Shown in pieces: positions 63,360 through 64,000 of a DNA stretch of 64,000 nt; within the stretch, counting starts at the first letter, position 1; every line of letters starts with the position of its first letter. The position numbers were made by a program, and so were the translations under genes. The stretch comes from Phycisphaerales bacterium (GTDB lineage Bacteria > Planctomycetota > Phycisphaerae > WQYP01): positions 1-64,000 of the forward strand of contig DAIDJN010000035.1 of assembly GCA_027451365.1 (NCBI GenBank), given 5' to 3'. The notes beneath the pieces were generated by a model. The model had not been told where the DNA came from, did not search any database, and was given only the letters and a program-made list of their open reading frames with translations.

Positions 63360-63427
63360 CCCGGTCAACGTATGCCAATTGAAATACCAGCGTGGATGGC
63401 CTGCGATCGTGCCACACCCTACTTGGC

Positions 63428-63982
63428 TTATTTGCTGCCAACCGGCGCCGGCATGATAACCGCGTCAATCGGGTAAATCACGGCATTGTTGCAGAGAATT
63501 GGTTTGCCTACCACATGCGCTCCGTCTATGCCGGTAATTTCGGTTCCATTGGACGAAACCAGGGCTTTTTGTCCGTTAGCCATCGTCTGAACAGCCTGCC
63601 GCGCGGCCGCTGGCGGCGTGATGTCCACGGTACTGACGTGATACCAAAGCACGTTCCGCAGCGGTTCGTGATTGGATGCGCTTTCCAAGGAATGAAGCGT
63701 TCCGGCCGGCAGGCGGGCGAACGCAGCGTTGGTGGGTGCAAAAATAGTGTAATTGCCTTGCATCTTGAAAGTGTTGTTCAGATGGGCGGCGGCAATCGCA
63801 TCCTTCAGCGAGGAAAGCTCCGGCTCTGAATAAATGACCGAATAGGCGGTATGTTTACCGGTATTTTTCAGGACCCGGCCGGCAAAGCCCGGTCCACGGT
63901 ATTCACAGCCAATAAGCCCAACCATGGAAATGCTCAAAAGCGCGATTCCGACCGATAATCCCATTTTCCGCAATTTACGCAT
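63428..63982 (-). CDS. Fasciclin (FAS1) domain lipoprotein
   Basis: Lipobox LIGC; YTIFAPTNAAF, L.YHV, N.VI..ID.VI.P. Confidence 0.88.
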   Translation of the reverse strand: MRKLRKMGLSVGIALLSISMVGLIGCEYRGPGFAGRVLKNTGKHTAYSVIYSEPELSSLKDAIAAAHLNNTFKMQGNYTIFAPTNAAFARLPAGTLHSLESASNHEPLRNVLWYHVSTVDITPPAAARQAVQTMANGQKALVSSNGTEITGIDGAHVVGKPILCNNAVIYPIDAVIMPAPVGSK

Positions 63983-64000
63983 CGGAGTTTCCTTGTTAAA

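Overview
A 64 kb window of bacterial chromosome, most likely from a planctomycete (Phycisphaerae-like). This is inferred from the groEL-groES-groEL-dnaJ-grpE order, PEP-CTERM proteins, a prenyltransferase-repeat protein and the UvrB/C-motif protein. Housekeeping genes include proC, proA, queD, hemW, rlmN, tkt, ribD, purC, SRP RNA and a chaperone operon with a sigma54-type promoter. Pectin-use genes are present (GH28, kduI, kduD, GH105-DUF4861), as are three PEP-CTERM surface proteins. Three loci stand out. (1) At 44-55 kb, a Cu(I)/Ag(I) Cus-type RND efflux operon sits next to an ECF sigma factor, a Cys/His/Met-rich putative anti-sigma and an M48 peptidase. Two small exported proteins there share a motif I do not recognise, YALTG...D[SG]KGHYHPDW..HGR. 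Both of those genes and the anti-sigma carry the same GGAAC-N18-CGT promoter. This looks like an undescribed metal-responsive peptide system. (2) At 22.5-28.5 kb, a SAM-I riboswitch heads an operon (threonine-synthase-like, MoaD-like carrier, NIL, MoeB, two DinB, cysteine desulfurase) that suggests sulfur-carrier-dependent homocysteine synthesis. (3) At 37.8-40.5 kb, a ketosynthase pair has a first copy that has lost its catalytic triad (chain-length-factor-like). All calls come from motif recognition only; no database searches were run.
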